DNA of 64,000 bases from Alphaproteobacteria bacterium (GCA_017647405.1 JAGCKR010000018.1:5056-69055); one strand, 5' to 3'. Shown: positions 35,501 to 47,912, numbered from the stretch's first letter. Translations and numbers: made by a program. Notes: generated by a model not told the origin, from the letters alone.

Positions 35501-36868
35501 TTAAAAAAAGTTAAACCCGACGGTAAACAAACTTTCGGCATCTTTCACATGCCCACGTTCAACAAATAAAATCACCCGATCTTTATTTTCAATTTGCAAT
35601 TCATCGGTCGGTAAAATAAAAATACCGTTTCGAACAATACCGGCAATCACAACACCGGTTGGAATTTTAAGTTTTCCGATCGGTTTATGCGTTATTTTTG
35701 CCGTTTCTAACGCTTCAACTTCCAAAATCTCACCAAGACCGGAGCTGATAAAATAATCGCCCTTAACCTTGCCCTTTCGAATATGTTGCAAAATAGAGGA
35801 AACTAAAACGCCATTTGGATCAATAGACACATCAATCCCCATTTCAAAAAGCAAATCGTTATAAAGCTGATTATGAATAAGCGCACAGGTTTTATCAATA
35901 TTGTGACGCTTAGAAACCATGGATAACAGCACATTGCTTTCATCTGATTGCGTTGTTGCAATAGCGATTTGATAATTTTTAAGATTCAAATCATCAATCA
36001 ACACATCATCCAACCCATCCCCATGAATCACAACGGTTGAATTTAATCGTTCAGCCAAATATCTTGCTCTTGCTTCCTCTTTTTCAACAATTGTGATATT
36101 TTTGCAAAAAGAGGAGGCTTCCATTAATTTGGCTAATTGATACCCAACTTTTCCACCCCCAAAAATCATCACACAATCCGGATCAATTTTTTGATAGGAT
36201 AAAATATCCAAAAACTGTTGAAAATCACTTTCAGCCACAACAAAATAAACATCATCCAACGCTCTGATGATGGCTTTTTCAAGCGAAACAATGCGATGCC
36301 TTCTTTTCACGGCAATAACTTTTGCTCTGATTTCTTTTAAAAGAGCCTCAACTTCCGAAACGGTTTTTGAAAACATCGGCGATGATTTTTTGCACCTTAG
36401 TCCCACCACTCTGGCACAACCTTCCGCCAAATTATAAAGATCCACGCCTGATGAAACAGTTAAATTATCAAGCACATGTCTGGCCGTTTCAACTTCCGGC
36501 GATAAAACAACATCTAAATTTTGCCCAATCAGATATTCTTTATATTTTTGCCCTAAATATTCATGCGCCGAAATACGAACAATTCGTTGCGGAATTCTAA
36601 ATATTGCATCTGCCACTCCACAAGCAACAATATTGGTTTCATCATTACCGGTCACCGCCAAGAAAATATCTGCCTGCGAAGCCCCTGCTTTTTCCAAAAC
36701 AGAAGGCAATGCGGATGACCCTTCAATCGTTTGGATATCCAGTTGCTCACTTAAATTACCTAAATGATCAATGTTCTTATCGATTAACACAATGTCATGA
36801 TTTTCAGCCCTTAAATATTTGGCCAACCCAACGCCAACTTGCCCTGCCCCTGCAATAATAATTCTCAT
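35501..36868 (-). CDS. trkA: Trk potassium uptake system NAD-binding protein
   Basis: Two RCK-N Rossmann units (MRIIIAGAGQVG...; IFGGGKVGYQLA). Confidence 0.9.
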   Translation of the reverse strand: MRIIIAGAGQVGVGLAKYLRAENHDIVLIDKNIDHLGNLSEQLDIQTIEGSSALPSVLEKAGASQADIFLAVTGNDETNIVACGVADAIFRIPQRIVRISAHEYLGQKYKEYLIGQNLDVVLSPEVETARHVLDNLTVSSGVDLYNLAEGCARVVGLRCKKSSPMFSKTVSEVEALLKEIRAKVIAVKRRHRIVSLEKAIIRALDDVYFVVAESDFQQFLDILSYQKIDPDCVMIFGGGKVGYQLAKLMEASSFCKNITIVEKEEARARYLAERLNSTVVIHGDGLDDVLIDDLNLKNYQIAIATTQSDESNVLLSMVSKRHNIDKTCALIHNQLYNDLLFEMGIDVSIDPNGVLVSSILQHIRKGKVKGDYFISSGLGEILEVEALETAKITHKPIGKLKIPTGVVIAGIVRNGIFILPTDELQIENKDRVILFVERGHVKDAESLFTVGFNFF

Positions 36869-37815
36869 CTTGTCTCCTTTTCCTGATAACGGATCTTTGT
36901 GTTAAAGAAATCTTTAATAATTTTTTGAACTTTGTCAACCTCTTTTTCAGCATATACCTGATTGCAAAAAAGAGCCTTTCCTTCCATGCCGGACGCATAC
37001 CATGCCAAATGTTTTCTGGCCACCATCAACCCATGCATCCCATAATAGGAAAGCATTAAATCCAAATGTTCCAACACCAAATCAGATAACAAAAATGAGT
37101 CAAACGGCGTTTCACCCATTTCATTAAGCGCCCAAGGACGCCCCAAAAGACCGCGTCCCACCATAAGACCATCAGCTTTTGTTTGATTGAAAACAAAGTC
37201 GGCCGTTTCTTTGTCAACAATATTTCCATTGGCAATTACCGGAATATGAAGTTGCTCCTTCACCGCACGAATAAGATCATAATTAACGTCCCCTGCGTAT
37301 CCTTGCGCTTTTGTTCGCCCATGAATGGTGACTCTATCTGCGCCAGCGCTTTCAAGAGCAAGCGCAAAATCCAAAACGTTCACGCTCTTTTCATCCCAAC
37401 CCGTTCTGGTTTTAACCGATACCGGAATATCAACTGCTTTTTTAACGGCTTCAACCAACCTGCAAGCCGCCTCTTTATTTTTCATTAAAGAAGCACCTGA
37501 CCCGTTTGTGATCAGTTTTTTAACCGGACACCCCATATTAATATCAATCCCCTTGGCACCATAAAAAACAGCTTCTTTGGCTGCTGAAACCATATATTTT
37601 TCTTCAATACCGACCAACTGCACAATCAGATTTTTTTCATCGGAAATCTGAATCATTTTCCTTGTTTGCGGATGATTAAAAAACAAGGTGGCAATACCGA
37701 TCATTTCCGTATAAACCGGTTGAGAGGTAAACTTTCTTAAAATAAGACGAAACGGTTTATCGGTTATCCCAGCCATCGGGGCCGAATAAATGAGGGGTTT
37801 GTTCATTGTTATCAT
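36865..37815 (-). CDS. dusB: tRNA-dihydrouridine synthase
   Basis: Dus motifs PMAGITDKPFR and DINMGCP. A 4-nt overlap with trkA. Confidence 0.82.
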   Translation of the reverse strand: MITMNKPLIYSAPMAGITDKPFRLILRKFTSQPVYTEMIGIATLFFNHPQTRKMIQISDEKNLIVQLVGIEEKYMVSAAKEAVFYGAKGIDINMGCPVKKLITNGSGASLMKNKEAACRLVEAVKKAVDIPVSVKTRTGWDEKSVNVLDFALALESAGADRVTIHGRTKAQGYAGDVNYDLIRAVKEQLHIPVIANGNIVDKETADFVFNQTKADGLMVGRGLLGRPWALNEMGETPFDSFLLSDLVLEHLDLMLSYYGMHGLMVARKHLAWYASGMEGKALFCNQVYAEKEVDKVQKIIKDFFNTKIRYQEKETR

Positions 37816-38519
37816 CCTTCGTTTTCCGAGAGGTCATAAGAATCATCACGTTCAATAATCATGCCTTCTGTTATTTTTTGACCTAATCTTTTCAAATCAT
37901 AAGACTTTTTTTCCAAATCACTTTCATTTGGAAACATCTGTTTTAAAGCTTTTTCCATATAGTAATAGGCTGTTTGATACTCTTGTTTTTCTTCATATAA
38001 CTTGGCCACTTTCATTTGGGCCGGCGCATATTCTTTTTGAGCGGCTTTTAAATAATAATAAAGTGCTTTTTCCTCATCTTTTTGAACCCACTTTTCTTCC
38101 AAATAAACACGCCCTAATTTCATCGCCGCTTCCAAATGCCCATTTTCAGCCGCTTTTTTATAAAATGCCAACGCTTTTTTTAAATTGATACTTGTGTGCG
38201 CTCCTTCTTCATAGGCCTTGGCAATGATAAACTGACTGTCTTTATCCCCATAATCAGCAAATTTGGCATGAAAAGCCAAATCCCAATAGGCATCATCTTT
38301 AACGGCAGCCGTTTCAGGATTTTTTTGCTCATAATCCTTGATAAACTTTCTGTTTTTTTGCTGGAGCTCATTATATTCTTTAATTTTATTCATCTCTGCC
38401 TGAATATCCTCTCCAAAAAGAGAAGCATCGGCCAAAATCGGCACGCCCGAAACGAAAAATAAAAAACAAGCCAGATAAAACAGTTTCTTTTTCATCATTT
38501 TTATGTTATAACTACGCAT
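37812..38519 (-). CDS. Secreted Sel1-repeat (SLR/TPR-like) protein
   Basis: Signal-like MKKKLFYLACFLFFVSGVPILA. Repeats are of the form A..YEEG......A..FYKKAAENGH.EA...LG..Y. Confidence 0.75.
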   Translation of the reverse strand: MRSYNIKMMKKKLFYLACFLFFVSGVPILADASLFGEDIQAEMNKIKEYNELQQKNRKFIKDYEQKNPETAAVKDDAYWDLAFHAKFADYGDKDSQFIIAKAYEEGAHTSINLKKALAFYKKAAENGHLEAAMKLGRVYLEEKWVQKDEEKALYYYLKAAQKEYAPAQMKVAKLYEEKQEYQTAYYYMEKALKQMFPNESDLEKKSYDLKRLGQKITEGMIIERDDSYDLSENEG

Positions 38520-38572
38520 AAACAGTCAACTCAAAATAAGATAACATAAAAGACAGAAAAAGGAAACAAAAA

Positions 38573-39895
38573 ATGAGCAAAAAAGTTTTAATCATCGGTG
38601 GCGGTTTGGCCGGTTCTGAAGCAGCTTGGCAATTATTGAAAAGAGGTTTTAGTGTTCACATGATTGAAATGCGCCCCTCCAAATCAACGCCGGCACATAA
38701 AACAAATCTTTTTGGCGAACTTGTTTGCTCCAATTCATTAAGAAGTGATGATCATCAGATTAATGCCGTTGGGCTGATGCATGAAGAAATGCGCCAAATG
38801 GGTTCCTTGATTATGGAAGCTGCAGACGCCACAAAGGTTCCGGCCGGTGCGGCACTTGCCGTTAATCGCGATGAATTTTCGACATACATCACCGAAAAAC
38901 TTAAAAGTCATCCCTTGTTTTCTTATGAAGAAAAAGAAGAAGGTGTTCCAAACACAAAGGACCCTGTGATTATTGCAACGGGGCCATTAACTTCCGATAA
39001 AATGGCCGAAGATTTAAAAGAGCTGACAAAAACGGAGTCTTTGCATTTTTTTGATGCCGTTGCCCCTATTGTTTATACCGATAGTATTGATATGACAAAA
39101 GCTTGGTATCAATCTCGATATGATAAAGGGGATGGAGAAGATTATTTAAACTGCGCTCTTTCTAAAGAAGAATATAACGCTTTTATCGATGCATTGCTGA
39201 GTGGCGAAAAAGTTGCCTTTAAAGAATTTGAAAAAAACACCCCTTATTTTGAAGGATGTTTGCCGGTTGAAGTAATGGCAGAAAGAGGCCGACAAACGCT
39301 TTTATTCGGCCCAATGAAACCGGTTGGATTAAGAAACCCTCACGAAGAAAACCGCCGACCATTCGCCGTTGTTCAACTCAGAAAAGAAAACAAGCAAGGA
39401 ACATTGATGAATCTGGTTGGGTTTCAAACAAAATTGACGTATGGTGCGCAAAAACAAGTTTTCACGCTTATCCCTGCCCTTCAAAACGCTGTTTTTGCCA
39501 GACTTGGAGGTATTCATCGTAACACATTTGTTTGTGGTCCCAAAGTATTGGATGAAAAATTGAGTTTAAAAGAAAAGCAAAACATTAAACTGGCCGGTCA
39601 ACTGAGCGGTTGCGAAGGATATATTGAAAGCGCAGCCATGGGGTTATTAGCCGGTTTATTTACCGCCAATCCTGACTGCCCGTTACCGCCAAAAGAAACG
39701 GCTCTGGGTGCGATGCTTTGCCATATCACCAAAGAAGCGCAAGCCACAACCTTCCAACCGATGAACATCAACTTTGGATTATTCCCAGAAGTGCCCGTTC
39801 CGGAAGGGAAAAAATCCTTAAAAGGACAAGAAAGAAAGCTGGCCTATACAGAACGCGCTAAAAAAGCTTTAACCGAGTGGATGAAAACAATTTAA
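38573..39895 (+). CDS. trmFO: Methylenetetrahydrofolate--tRNA-(uracil-5-)-methyltransferase
   Basis: FAD motif [14 protein letters not shown] and overall Gid/TrmFO-like sequence; 440 aa. Confidence 0.93.
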   Translation: MSKKVLIIGGGLAGSEAAWQLLKRGFSVHMIEMRPSKSTPAHKTNLFGELVCSNSLRSDDHQINAVGLMHEEMRQMGSLIMEAADATKVPAGAALAVNRDEFSTYITEKLKSHPLFSYEEKEEGVPNTKDPVIIATGPLTSDKMAEDLKELTKTESLHFFDAVAPIVYTDSIDMTKAWYQSRYDKGDGEDYLNCALSKEEYNAFIDALLSGEKVAFKEFEKNTPYFEGCLPVEVMAERGRQTLLFGPMKPVGLRNPHEENRRPFAVVQLRKENKQGTLMNLVGFQTKLTYGAQKQVFTLIPALQNAVFARLGGIHRNTFVCGPKVLDEKLSLKEKQNIKLAGQLSGCEGYIESAAMGLLAGLFTANPDCPLPPKETALGAMLCHITKEAQATTFQPMNINFGLFPEVPVPEGKKSLKGQERKLAYTERAKKALTEWMKTI

Positions 39896-39898
39896 AAA

Positions 39899-41680
39899 TT
39901 ATTTAACAACCATAAACAGCGCGCCTTTTGCAAAAGAGGCGCCTTCTTTTCGCATTTGAAATTCTTTTTGCACTTCAATTTGAAACCCTGTTTTTAAAAG
40001 CACTTCTTGAATGAACGAAACAGGATAAAGAGTTCTGCCCGTTTCTTTTAAACAGCCTTCTTTTAATGAGTCATCCGTTTCAAGTGTGAAAATAAAAACA
40101 CCCTCTTTTTCAAGACGCTGATAAACATTTTCAAACAAAGACTCCACTGATGGCAAATAAGGAATCACATCAGAGGCAACAATTAAGGAATATTCTTGTT
40201 GATCGGCACTTAAAAAAGATAAAATATCTTGATGGATTAACCTTGAATAACAGTCTGTTTCCTCAGCTTTTTGAAGCATATTTTTCGAAATATCAACACC
40301 TGTTAACGACGTATGATTTTGCTTAAATTGCAAGCCAAAAATGCCCGTTCCGCACGCCAAATCCAAAACATTTGTCCACTCTTTTGGTTTTAACGTCTTT
40401 AAAATTTCATCAACTGATTTTGATTCCAATTTTTCCATCACTTGATCATATGAAGAAGCAAACGAATCATAAAGCGCTTCACTGTATTTTTTAGCCAGCT
40501 CATCATCCACTTTTTTACCCATTAAGGCTTTTTGCGTATATAAGGCTACCACATTGTCCGGAAAATTTTTAACCCATCCTTCGGCAAAAGTGAGCGCTTG
40601 TTTCTTTTCTTTTTTTCCCATACCGGATAAAAGCGATAACGTATTGGCAATTCGAAATTCAATATCCGGCAACGTATTATCCAATAATAACAGGTTGAAA
40701 TAAAGGCCGGCTGCTTCTGAATATTCCCCCGTTTCTTCTAAAATAACAGCCAAATTATAAAGCGATGAAATATGCTTTGGATTAATTAAAATAGCGCTTC
40801 TGAAATGTTCTAAACTTTCGCCCACACGTCCTTGTTTATAAAGAACAAGAGCCAAATTATGATGCGCATTTAAAAAGGAATTATCTATTCCTAAGGCTCG
40901 TTTATAAGAATCTTCCGCTTTTATCAGCTTGTTTTCTTTAAAATATAAATTACCCATATTCGCATAGGCATCGGCGCAATAAGAATTTTGCCTTAACGCA
41001 TCTTCATAACTTAATAAAGCCGATGGAATATATCCCAATGCCTCATAAATTAAACCTTCTTCATTATAAAACGAAGCGGTTTCTTCCATTTCAAGGGCCT
41101 GTTTAATATAAGAAAGAGCTTGTTTGTTTTTTTCAAGCAACCGACAAGTAATCGCCAACTGATAAAAAAGTTCGGCACTTTTCCCCTGTAAAAGCCCTTT
41201 TTCCAATGTATCAAAAGCTTTGGCAAAATCATTTTCCCTTCGATAGATTAAAGCCAAACCGATATAAGCCGTTAACACCGATTCAGATAAACTTAAAGCC
41301 TTATCAAAGGCACTTTTAGCAAAGTCCGTTAATCCTTTTTGAAGATAAATAAAACCGATTTGAGAAAGCACATAGGCATCTTCTTTAAAAGGTTCATAAA
41401 ACGAAAGAGCTTCATCTAATCGGCCTTGTTTTTCAAGAACAAATCCCAAACTTAATTTATATTGTTTATTATCCGGATATAACTGAACAGCTTGATACAA
41501 CAATTTTTCAGCCGGTTCAAAAGCATTTTTCTTGGAAGCCACCAAACCTAAAAGATAAAGGCCATCCCCCGAACTGGGCATCAATGTTAAAACGGATCTT
41601 GCCAAATCTTCCGCTTCATCAAAATCTTTATTGTTATAGGCTAAAAAAGCTTCATCAAGGAGTCTGTCCACTTCTGTCAT
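39899..41680 (-). CDS. TPR-repeat protein with C-terminal class I SAM-dependent methyltransferase domain
   Basis: Multiple TPR units over ~380 aa, followed by motif I VLDLACGTGIFG. Confidence 0.8.
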   Translation of the reverse strand: MTEVDRLLDEAFLAYNNKDFDEAEDLARSVLTLMPSSGDGLYLLGLVASKKNAFEPAEKLLYQAVQLYPDNKQYKLSLGFVLEKQGRLDEALSFYEPFKEDAYVLSQIGFIYLQKGLTDFAKSAFDKALSLSESVLTAYIGLALIYRRENDFAKAFDTLEKGLLQGKSAELFYQLAITCRLLEKNKQALSYIKQALEMEETASFYNEEGLIYEALGYIPSALLSYEDALRQNSYCADAYANMGNLYFKENKLIKAEDSYKRALGIDNSFLNAHHNLALVLYKQGRVGESLEHFRSAILINPKHISSLYNLAVILEETGEYSEAAGLYFNLLLLDNTLPDIEFRIANTLSLLSGMGKKEKKQALTFAEGWVKNFPDNVVALYTQKALMGKKVDDELAKKYSEALYDSFASSYDQVMEKLESKSVDEILKTLKPKEWTNVLDLACGTGIFGLQFKQNHTSLTGVDISKNMLQKAEETDCYSRLIHQDILSFLSADQQEYSLIVASDVIPYLPSVESLFENVYQRLEKEGVFIFTLETDDSLKEGCLKETGRTLYPVSFIQEVLLKTGFQIEVQKEFQMRKEGASFAKGALFMVVK

Positions 41681-41689
41681 TTTCTTTTC

Positions 41690-42853
41690 CTATTCATCAT
41701 CAATTGAGCCGTTGCGCCCAATAACCATTTCTTTGTTGATATAAACCGATTGCACCAGTCCAAACCCGAAAAAGAGCGTTAACATTGCCGTTCCTCCATA
41801 AGAAACAAGCGGTAACGGCACACCAACCACCGGCAATAATCCCGTTACCATACCAATATTGATAAATACATATAAAGCAAAGTTAATTCCCAATCCCGTT
41901 GCCAAAATTTTTCCAAAATAATTATTTGAAATCATCCCGACATAAAAACAATATAAAATAATAATGAAAAAGAGCAAAATCAAGGCTGTTGCCCCTAAGA
42001 AACCAAACTCTTCCGCAATCAGCGTGAAAATAAAATCCGTTTGCTTTTCCGGAATAAATTCCAATCGGCTTTGCGTGCTTTGAATAAAACCTTTTCCAAA
42101 TAATCCACCGGAACCCAAAGTGATCTTGGATTGCATGATATGATAACCGCTTCCCAACGGATCATTTTCCGGATTTAAAAAAGTGAGCACCCGCTTTTTT
42201 TGATAATCATGTAAAAAAGTCCATAAAATCGGCACACTTACCACACCAGCCAGCCCAACAAGGGCAAATTTCCAAATTTGAACACCAACTAAAAAGAAAA
42301 TGGCTGCACTGCAAAAAACAAGCATCAACCCTGTGCCAAGATCCGGTTGCTCTAAAATAAGCGCCACCGGACAAACCATCATCAACACCGGCGGTATAAT
42401 ACCGCGTATCGACCTGATTTCTGAAAGAGTTGTTCCGTGAAAATAACGCGCCAGTGCCAAAACAAGCGCAATTTTCATCAGTTCGGATGGTTGCAAATTC
42501 ATAAAGCCCAGATTAAGCCAACGTTGTGCCCCCATTCCAACATGCCCAAACACCATCACCCCGATTAAAAGAAGAAAGCTTCCTCCATAAATCACATAGG
42601 CATATTTCATCCAAAGTCGCAAATTAATCATAGATGCAAAAACAAGAGCGCCCAAAGACAACAAAAAGCGAATAAATTGTTTATCCGCCCAGCGGTGCCA
42701 TTCGCCGTTTGCCGCTGAATAAAGCGTTCCGATACTGATAAAAACAGCCAAACACACCAAAAATAACAGCTTATAATTAAATCCTTTAATTTTATCGGTA
42801 AGCGATAAATTATAATTTTTAAGATAACAGTTTCTGTCTTTAAAAAAGGGCAT
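41690..42853 (-). CDS. rodA: SEDS-family peptidoglycan polymerase RodA
   Basis: FtsW/RodA-type polytopic membrane protein located directly downstream of mrdA. Confidence 0.9.
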   Translation of the reverse strand: MPFFKDRNCYLKNYNLSLTDKIKGFNYKLLFLVCLAVFISIGTLYSAANGEWHRWADKQFIRFLLSLGALVFASMINLRLWMKYAYVIYGGSFLLLIGVMVFGHVGMGAQRWLNLGFMNLQPSELMKIALVLALARYFHGTTLSEIRSIRGIIPPVLMMVCPVALILEQPDLGTGLMLVFCSAAIFFLVGVQIWKFALVGLAGVVSVPILWTFLHDYQKKRVLTFLNPENDPLGSGYHIMQSKITLGSGGLFGKGFIQSTQSRLEFIPEKQTDFIFTLIAEEFGFLGATALILLFFIIILYCFYVGMISNNYFGKILATGLGINFALYVFINIGMVTGLLPVVGVPLPLVSYGGTAMLTLFFGFGLVQSVYINKEMVIGRNGSIDDE

Positions 42854-42866
42854 CTTTTTTTACCTT

Positions 42867-44690
42867 TTAATTGTTTTTCGGATAAAGTTTTAATGTTTCG
42901 GTTAAAATTTTTGCTGCCACTGGTGCTGCGCTGGATGAACCGCCACCGCCATGTTCAATCATTACCACAATAGCAAAGCGTGGATTTTGAACCGGCGCAA
43001 AAGCAGCAAACATCCCATGATCGCGATATTTCCATGGCAAATCTTCTTGTTTAATAATTCCTTTTTCACGTTCTTTCTTCGTGATACGGCGCACCTGCGT
43101 ACTGGCTGTTTTACCGGCCATTTTTTCGCCGTTTACATTAATTCGTGAGCGATAAGCCGTTCCTTTTTCATGGTTCACCACCTTGTTCATTCCCCGTTTA
43201 ATCAAATTCAAATGCTCTTTTTTAAAACCAAGTGATGCCGGCGTGTCCACCCCTTCCCCTTTAATCACGTGCGGTTTAATTTTTTTGCCTCCATTGGCAA
43301 TTTGGGCCGTCATATAAACAAGCTGCATCGGTGTTGTTCCCAAAAATCCTTGTCCAATGCTCAAATTCACGGTATCACCCGTTCGCCAATCATCTTTAAA
43401 TCGTTTCTTTTTCCATTCGGGTGTTGGAACAAGGCCTTCTCTTTCCCCTTTAATACCAATATTTACCGGCACACCAAAACCAAGGCGTTTGGCCATATTG
43501 GTAATTTTTTCCGCACCGATTTGTTGCGCCAGTTCATAAAAATAAACGTCACAAGAATGCATAAGCGCCTGTTCTAAATCAACCATGCCGTGGCCGGATC
43601 GTTTCCAACAGTGAAAATCATGGTTGCCGATAGTGACTTTTCCGCCACAATAAACTTTTTTATTCGGATGAATAATTTTATGTTCAAGACCGGCAAGAGC
43701 TACCACCAATTTAAAGATTGATCCCGGTGAATAAGTTCCCGTTAAAGCTTTATTTTGAAGAGGCCTTTTTTCATTATCAATTAAAGAACGCCAAACTTTA
43801 ACCGGTACCGGCATCGTGAAAATATTTGTATCATAACTGGGGCTTGAAACCATTGCCAAAATTTCACCGGTATTCACATCCATCACAATAGCACTGCCGG
43901 ATTCTTTGCCTAATGCCGTTAAAGCCACTTCTTGTAATCTGCTGTCTATGGTTAAATTCAGGCTTTCCCCTTTTTGTGAAACAGCTTCTTCCAAAACCCG
44001 CACGGAACGACCATAAGCGTTCACCTCTTTTTTCTTGAACCCCGGTATGCCTTTTAACACCTCTTCAAATGAATTTTCAAGACCAGTACGCCCAATGCGA
44101 TACCCCGGCAAATCAGCAAGCGGATCATCCGGATTTTCTTCCAAATCTTTATCATTCATCAATGAAACATATCCGATTAAATGGGCGTTTACATCTTTTA
44201 AGGGATAATGCCTGATCAAATCTTCTTCAATTTGAATACCGGTTAAATCCGGCGCATTTAAATGAAGTTTTGCCGCTTCTTCAAAACTTAACCCATCCTT
44301 AATTCGAATAGCCATATAGGGGCGTTTACGCTTGATTTCTTTTTGAATTCTGGCTTTTTCATCTTCATCCAACACAATGATTTTTTCAAAATTTTCAAGC
44401 GATTTTTGAACGTTTAACGCTTCTTCTTTTATCAGCACTGCCTGAAAATTCTTTTTGTTTTCAGCTAGTTTCACTCCGTTTCTATCAAAAATATTTCCAC
44501 GTGACGGAAGCGTTAATCGAACAGACGTTCTGTTTTTATCTGCTAAAAGACGGTATCTGTCACCTTGCAAAATTTGAAGATAAAAAACTCTGGTGATCAA
44601 AACAATAATTAACAGAAAAAAAACAAGCAACAAAACAATCAGCCGCTTGATAAAAACACGGTCTTTCTCATATTTCCATGGAGCGCTCAT
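42867..44690 (-). CDS. mrdA: Penicillin-binding protein 2 (elongasome transpeptidase)
   Basis: N-terminal TM and dimerisation domain. Transpeptidase motifs are present: SxxK region (YSPGSIFK), SCD in place of SxN, and KTAST in place of KTG. Confidence 0.92.
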   Translation of the reverse strand: MSAPWKYEKDRVFIKRLIVLLLVFFLLIIVLITRVFYLQILQGDRYRLLADKNRTSVRLTLPSRGNIFDRNGVKLAENKKNFQAVLIKEEALNVQKSLENFEKIIVLDEDEKARIQKEIKRKRPYMAIRIKDGLSFEEAAKLHLNAPDLTGIQIEEDLIRHYPLKDVNAHLIGYVSLMNDKDLEENPDDPLADLPGYRIGRTGLENSFEEVLKGIPGFKKKEVNAYGRSVRVLEEAVSQKGESLNLTIDSRLQEVALTALGKESGSAIVMDVNTGEILAMVSSPSYDTNIFTMPVPVKVWRSLIDNEKRPLQNKALTGTYSPGSIFKLVVALAGLEHKIIHPNKKVYCGGKVTIGNHDFHCWKRSGHGMVDLEQALMHSCDVYFYELAQQIGAEKITNMAKRLGFGVPVNIGIKGEREGLVPTPEWKKKRFKDDWRTGDTVNLSIGQGFLGTTPMQLVYMTAQIANGGKKIKPHVIKGEGVDTPASLGFKKEHLNLIKRGMNKVVNHEKGTAYRSRINVNGEKMAGKTASTQVRRITKKEREKGIIKQEDLPWKYRDHGMFAAFAPVQNPRFAIVVMIEHGGGGSSSAAPVAAKILTETLKLYPKNN

Positions 44691-45190
44691 ACATCCGCTC
44701 CCACTTTTTTATTTATAAAGGCCGAAAATGAGGCAATAAACGGATAACATAAAACTATCGTTAAATAATTAACTAAAAAAGAAACGGTTGAAATGGTTTT
44801 ATCTAATGTCAGATATAAAACAAACAATCCCGATAAGGAAACAAAGAGTAAAACACCCGCAAAAACAGCCCATTGTGCTTTAAAAGAAAAAAGACGCAAA
44901 CTTCTTTGATAAAAAACGGCAAAGAACGCCATAAAACATAAAATATATGATTGAAAGCCCAACGGGAAAAATAATAACATATCCGAAAAAATACCCACAA
45001 GGAAAACGAATAAAATATTAAGTTTTTTCGGATTAAACACTGAAAAATAAAAGGTAAAACACGTTAAAAGAGAAATTAAAAAGGTTTCTTTATGCCCTTG
45101 AACAAAAAAAACAGCTTCTAAAAAGGCAAACAAAATCATAACCAAAAAAGGAACAAAATATGAAAAATATTTCTTTTTGAACAACCGCAT
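44687..45190 (-). CDS. mreD: Rod shape-determining protein MreD
   Basis: Small polytopic membrane protein between mreC and mrdA, with overlapping stops and starts. Confidence 0.75.
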   Translation of the reverse strand: MRLFKKKYFSYFVPFLVMILFAFLEAVFFVQGHKETFLISLLTCFTFYFSVFNPKKLNILFVFLVGIFSDMLLFFPLGFQSYILCFMAFFAVFYQRSLRLFSFKAQWAVFAGVLLFVSLSGLFVLYLTLDKTISTVSFLVNYLTIVLCYPFIASFSAFINKKVGADV

Positions 45191-46050
45191 TATTCTTTTT
45201 CCTCTTTTTCACACGTGTTTTCAATTAATCCGCCTAAACCAAAATCAACAACTTCAACAAACCCCAAATTATTTTTATTTTCGATTAAACGAACTTTAAC
45301 GGCGTCCTTTGTTTTTTTAACATAGCCAATCGGCAATCCTTGCGGATAAACACCCACCATACCGGCTGAAAACACAAAATCACCTTCTTGAACACCGGCC
45401 TCTTCCGGCAAGGCAACCAAATCCGGCAACTCTGAATTATCCCCCATTAAAATAGCAGGCACCTTTTGGCTTCCCACAAAAACCGGCAATCTTGAAAAAT
45501 AATCAGTTAATTTCAACGCTCTGGCCGTTTGATTGCCCACCTCAATCACATGACCGAACAAAGCACCATTCAATAAAAGAACATTGCCTTTTTTAATGCC
45601 TTGCGCTTCCCCGCCATCCAAAACCAGCGAGTGAGAAAAAATGCTGTGATGTTCTGCTAAAACAGAAACCACCTTGGACGGATGAGTTGTTTCAAAGCGA
45701 TAATTTAAAATATCGGCCAATTCTTTCTTTTCAAGCGCTAATTGAAGCGCTTTATTTTGCCAACTTTTTAATAATTGATTCTCCGCACGCAGTTTTTTGT
45801 TTTCCTCATAAACATTAAAATAGTTTTGATAGGCATCCATTTTGCTTTGAATTTTTTCAAACGGCGTTGATACCATATCAAAAACAGGCGAAAAAACGTC
45901 CCTTGAAAAAGAACTGACTTTCGAAAAAACAACTGATTTTGATTGCGTGGAAACAATAAATAAAAAAAGCGAGGCCACAGTAAAAGCAAGGGCAATAAAT
46001 CTTTTTAGCTGCTCTTTAATCCGTTGCAGTCGAAAAAACTTATTGCCCAT
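45190..46050 (-). CDS. mreC: Rod shape-determining protein MreC
   Basis: N-terminal TM, coiled coil and beta-rich C-terminal domain; located downstream of mreB. Confidence 0.85.
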   Translation of the reverse strand: MGNKFFRLQRIKEQLKRFIALAFTVASLFLFIVSTQSKSVVFSKVSSFSRDVFSPVFDMVSTPFEKIQSKMDAYQNYFNVYEENKKLRAENQLLKSWQNKALQLALEKKELADILNYRFETTHPSKVVSVLAEHHSIFSHSLVLDGGEAQGIKKGNVLLLNGALFGHVIEVGNQTARALKLTDYFSRLPVFVGSQKVPAILMGDNSELPDLVALPEEAGVQEGDFVFSAGMVGVYPQGLPIGYVKKTKDAVKVRLIENKNNLGFVEVVDFGLGGLIENTCEKEEKE

Positions 46051-46072
46051 TTTTATCCCGCTTATTTTTTAA

Positions 46073-47146
<1,074 letters not shown>

Positions 47147-47335
47147 CTAAATTATAACTTTTTTCATTCATACACGATTAAAATTAAAAAGACAATATTT
47201 TTTTTACCAAATGCATAAAAAAACTTTGCTCCCGAAAATTATGATATTTGACATAAAAAACGCTAGACATCGCCCCAAAAACAAGTTAGAGTATTCCTAA
47301 CTGTAATATTTTTTTTTAAGATCAGGGAGAAAGAA

Positions 47336-47893
47336 ATGAGCAAAATTGCCGTTTGGTGCAGACATAAAGAAGATAATATTATCGGGATCGGCCCAAACAT
47401 TCCTTGGCATGTTTCAAGTGATTTTAAAAGATTTCAAAGACTGACCAAACATAAAGCTCTTCTGGTGGGACAAACAACATATGAAAGTTTTCCAAACAGA
47501 ACCCTACCCAACCGCAAAATTTACATTCTGACTTTTGAACAAGATTATCAAGTTTCCGATCCGGATAATCACTTTGTGATCCCACTTGAAACGGTTAAAG
47601 ACATTAATGAAGAGCTTTATATTTCGGGGGGCGCCAGCATTTATAAACTGATGATGGAAAAATTGATGCCCGATTTTATTGTTGATTCAGTTTATATGGG
47701 CGATTTACAAGAAGGATTAACAGGAAATCCTGTTTCAATTACACCAAGTGTAACCATTATGGAACAAGCGTATGAAAAAATAAGCGATGCGTTTTTGCTT
47801 GATAACGTTGAAACCACTATTTGGGCAAAAAAGGGAGGCACATTAGATGAAACCACCCTCGCCCATCTTAAAAATGCAATTTATAACTACTAA
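47336..47893 (+). CDS. folA: Dihydrofolate reductase
   Basis: IIGIGPNIPWH and LVGQTTYESFP motifs. It lies upstream of thyA and has a GGGAGAAAG SD region. Confidence 0.8.
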   Translation: MSKIAVWCRHKEDNIIGIGPNIPWHVSSDFKRFQRLTKHKALLVGQTTYESFPNRTLPNRKIYILTFEQDYQVSDPDNHFVIPLETVKDINEELYISGGASIYKLMMEKLMPDFIVDSVYMGDLQEGLTGNPVSITPSVTIMEQAYEKISDAFLLDNVETTIWAKKGGTLDETTLAHLKNAIYNY

Positions 47894-47912
47894 TATATAA
47901 AGGATAAAAAAA

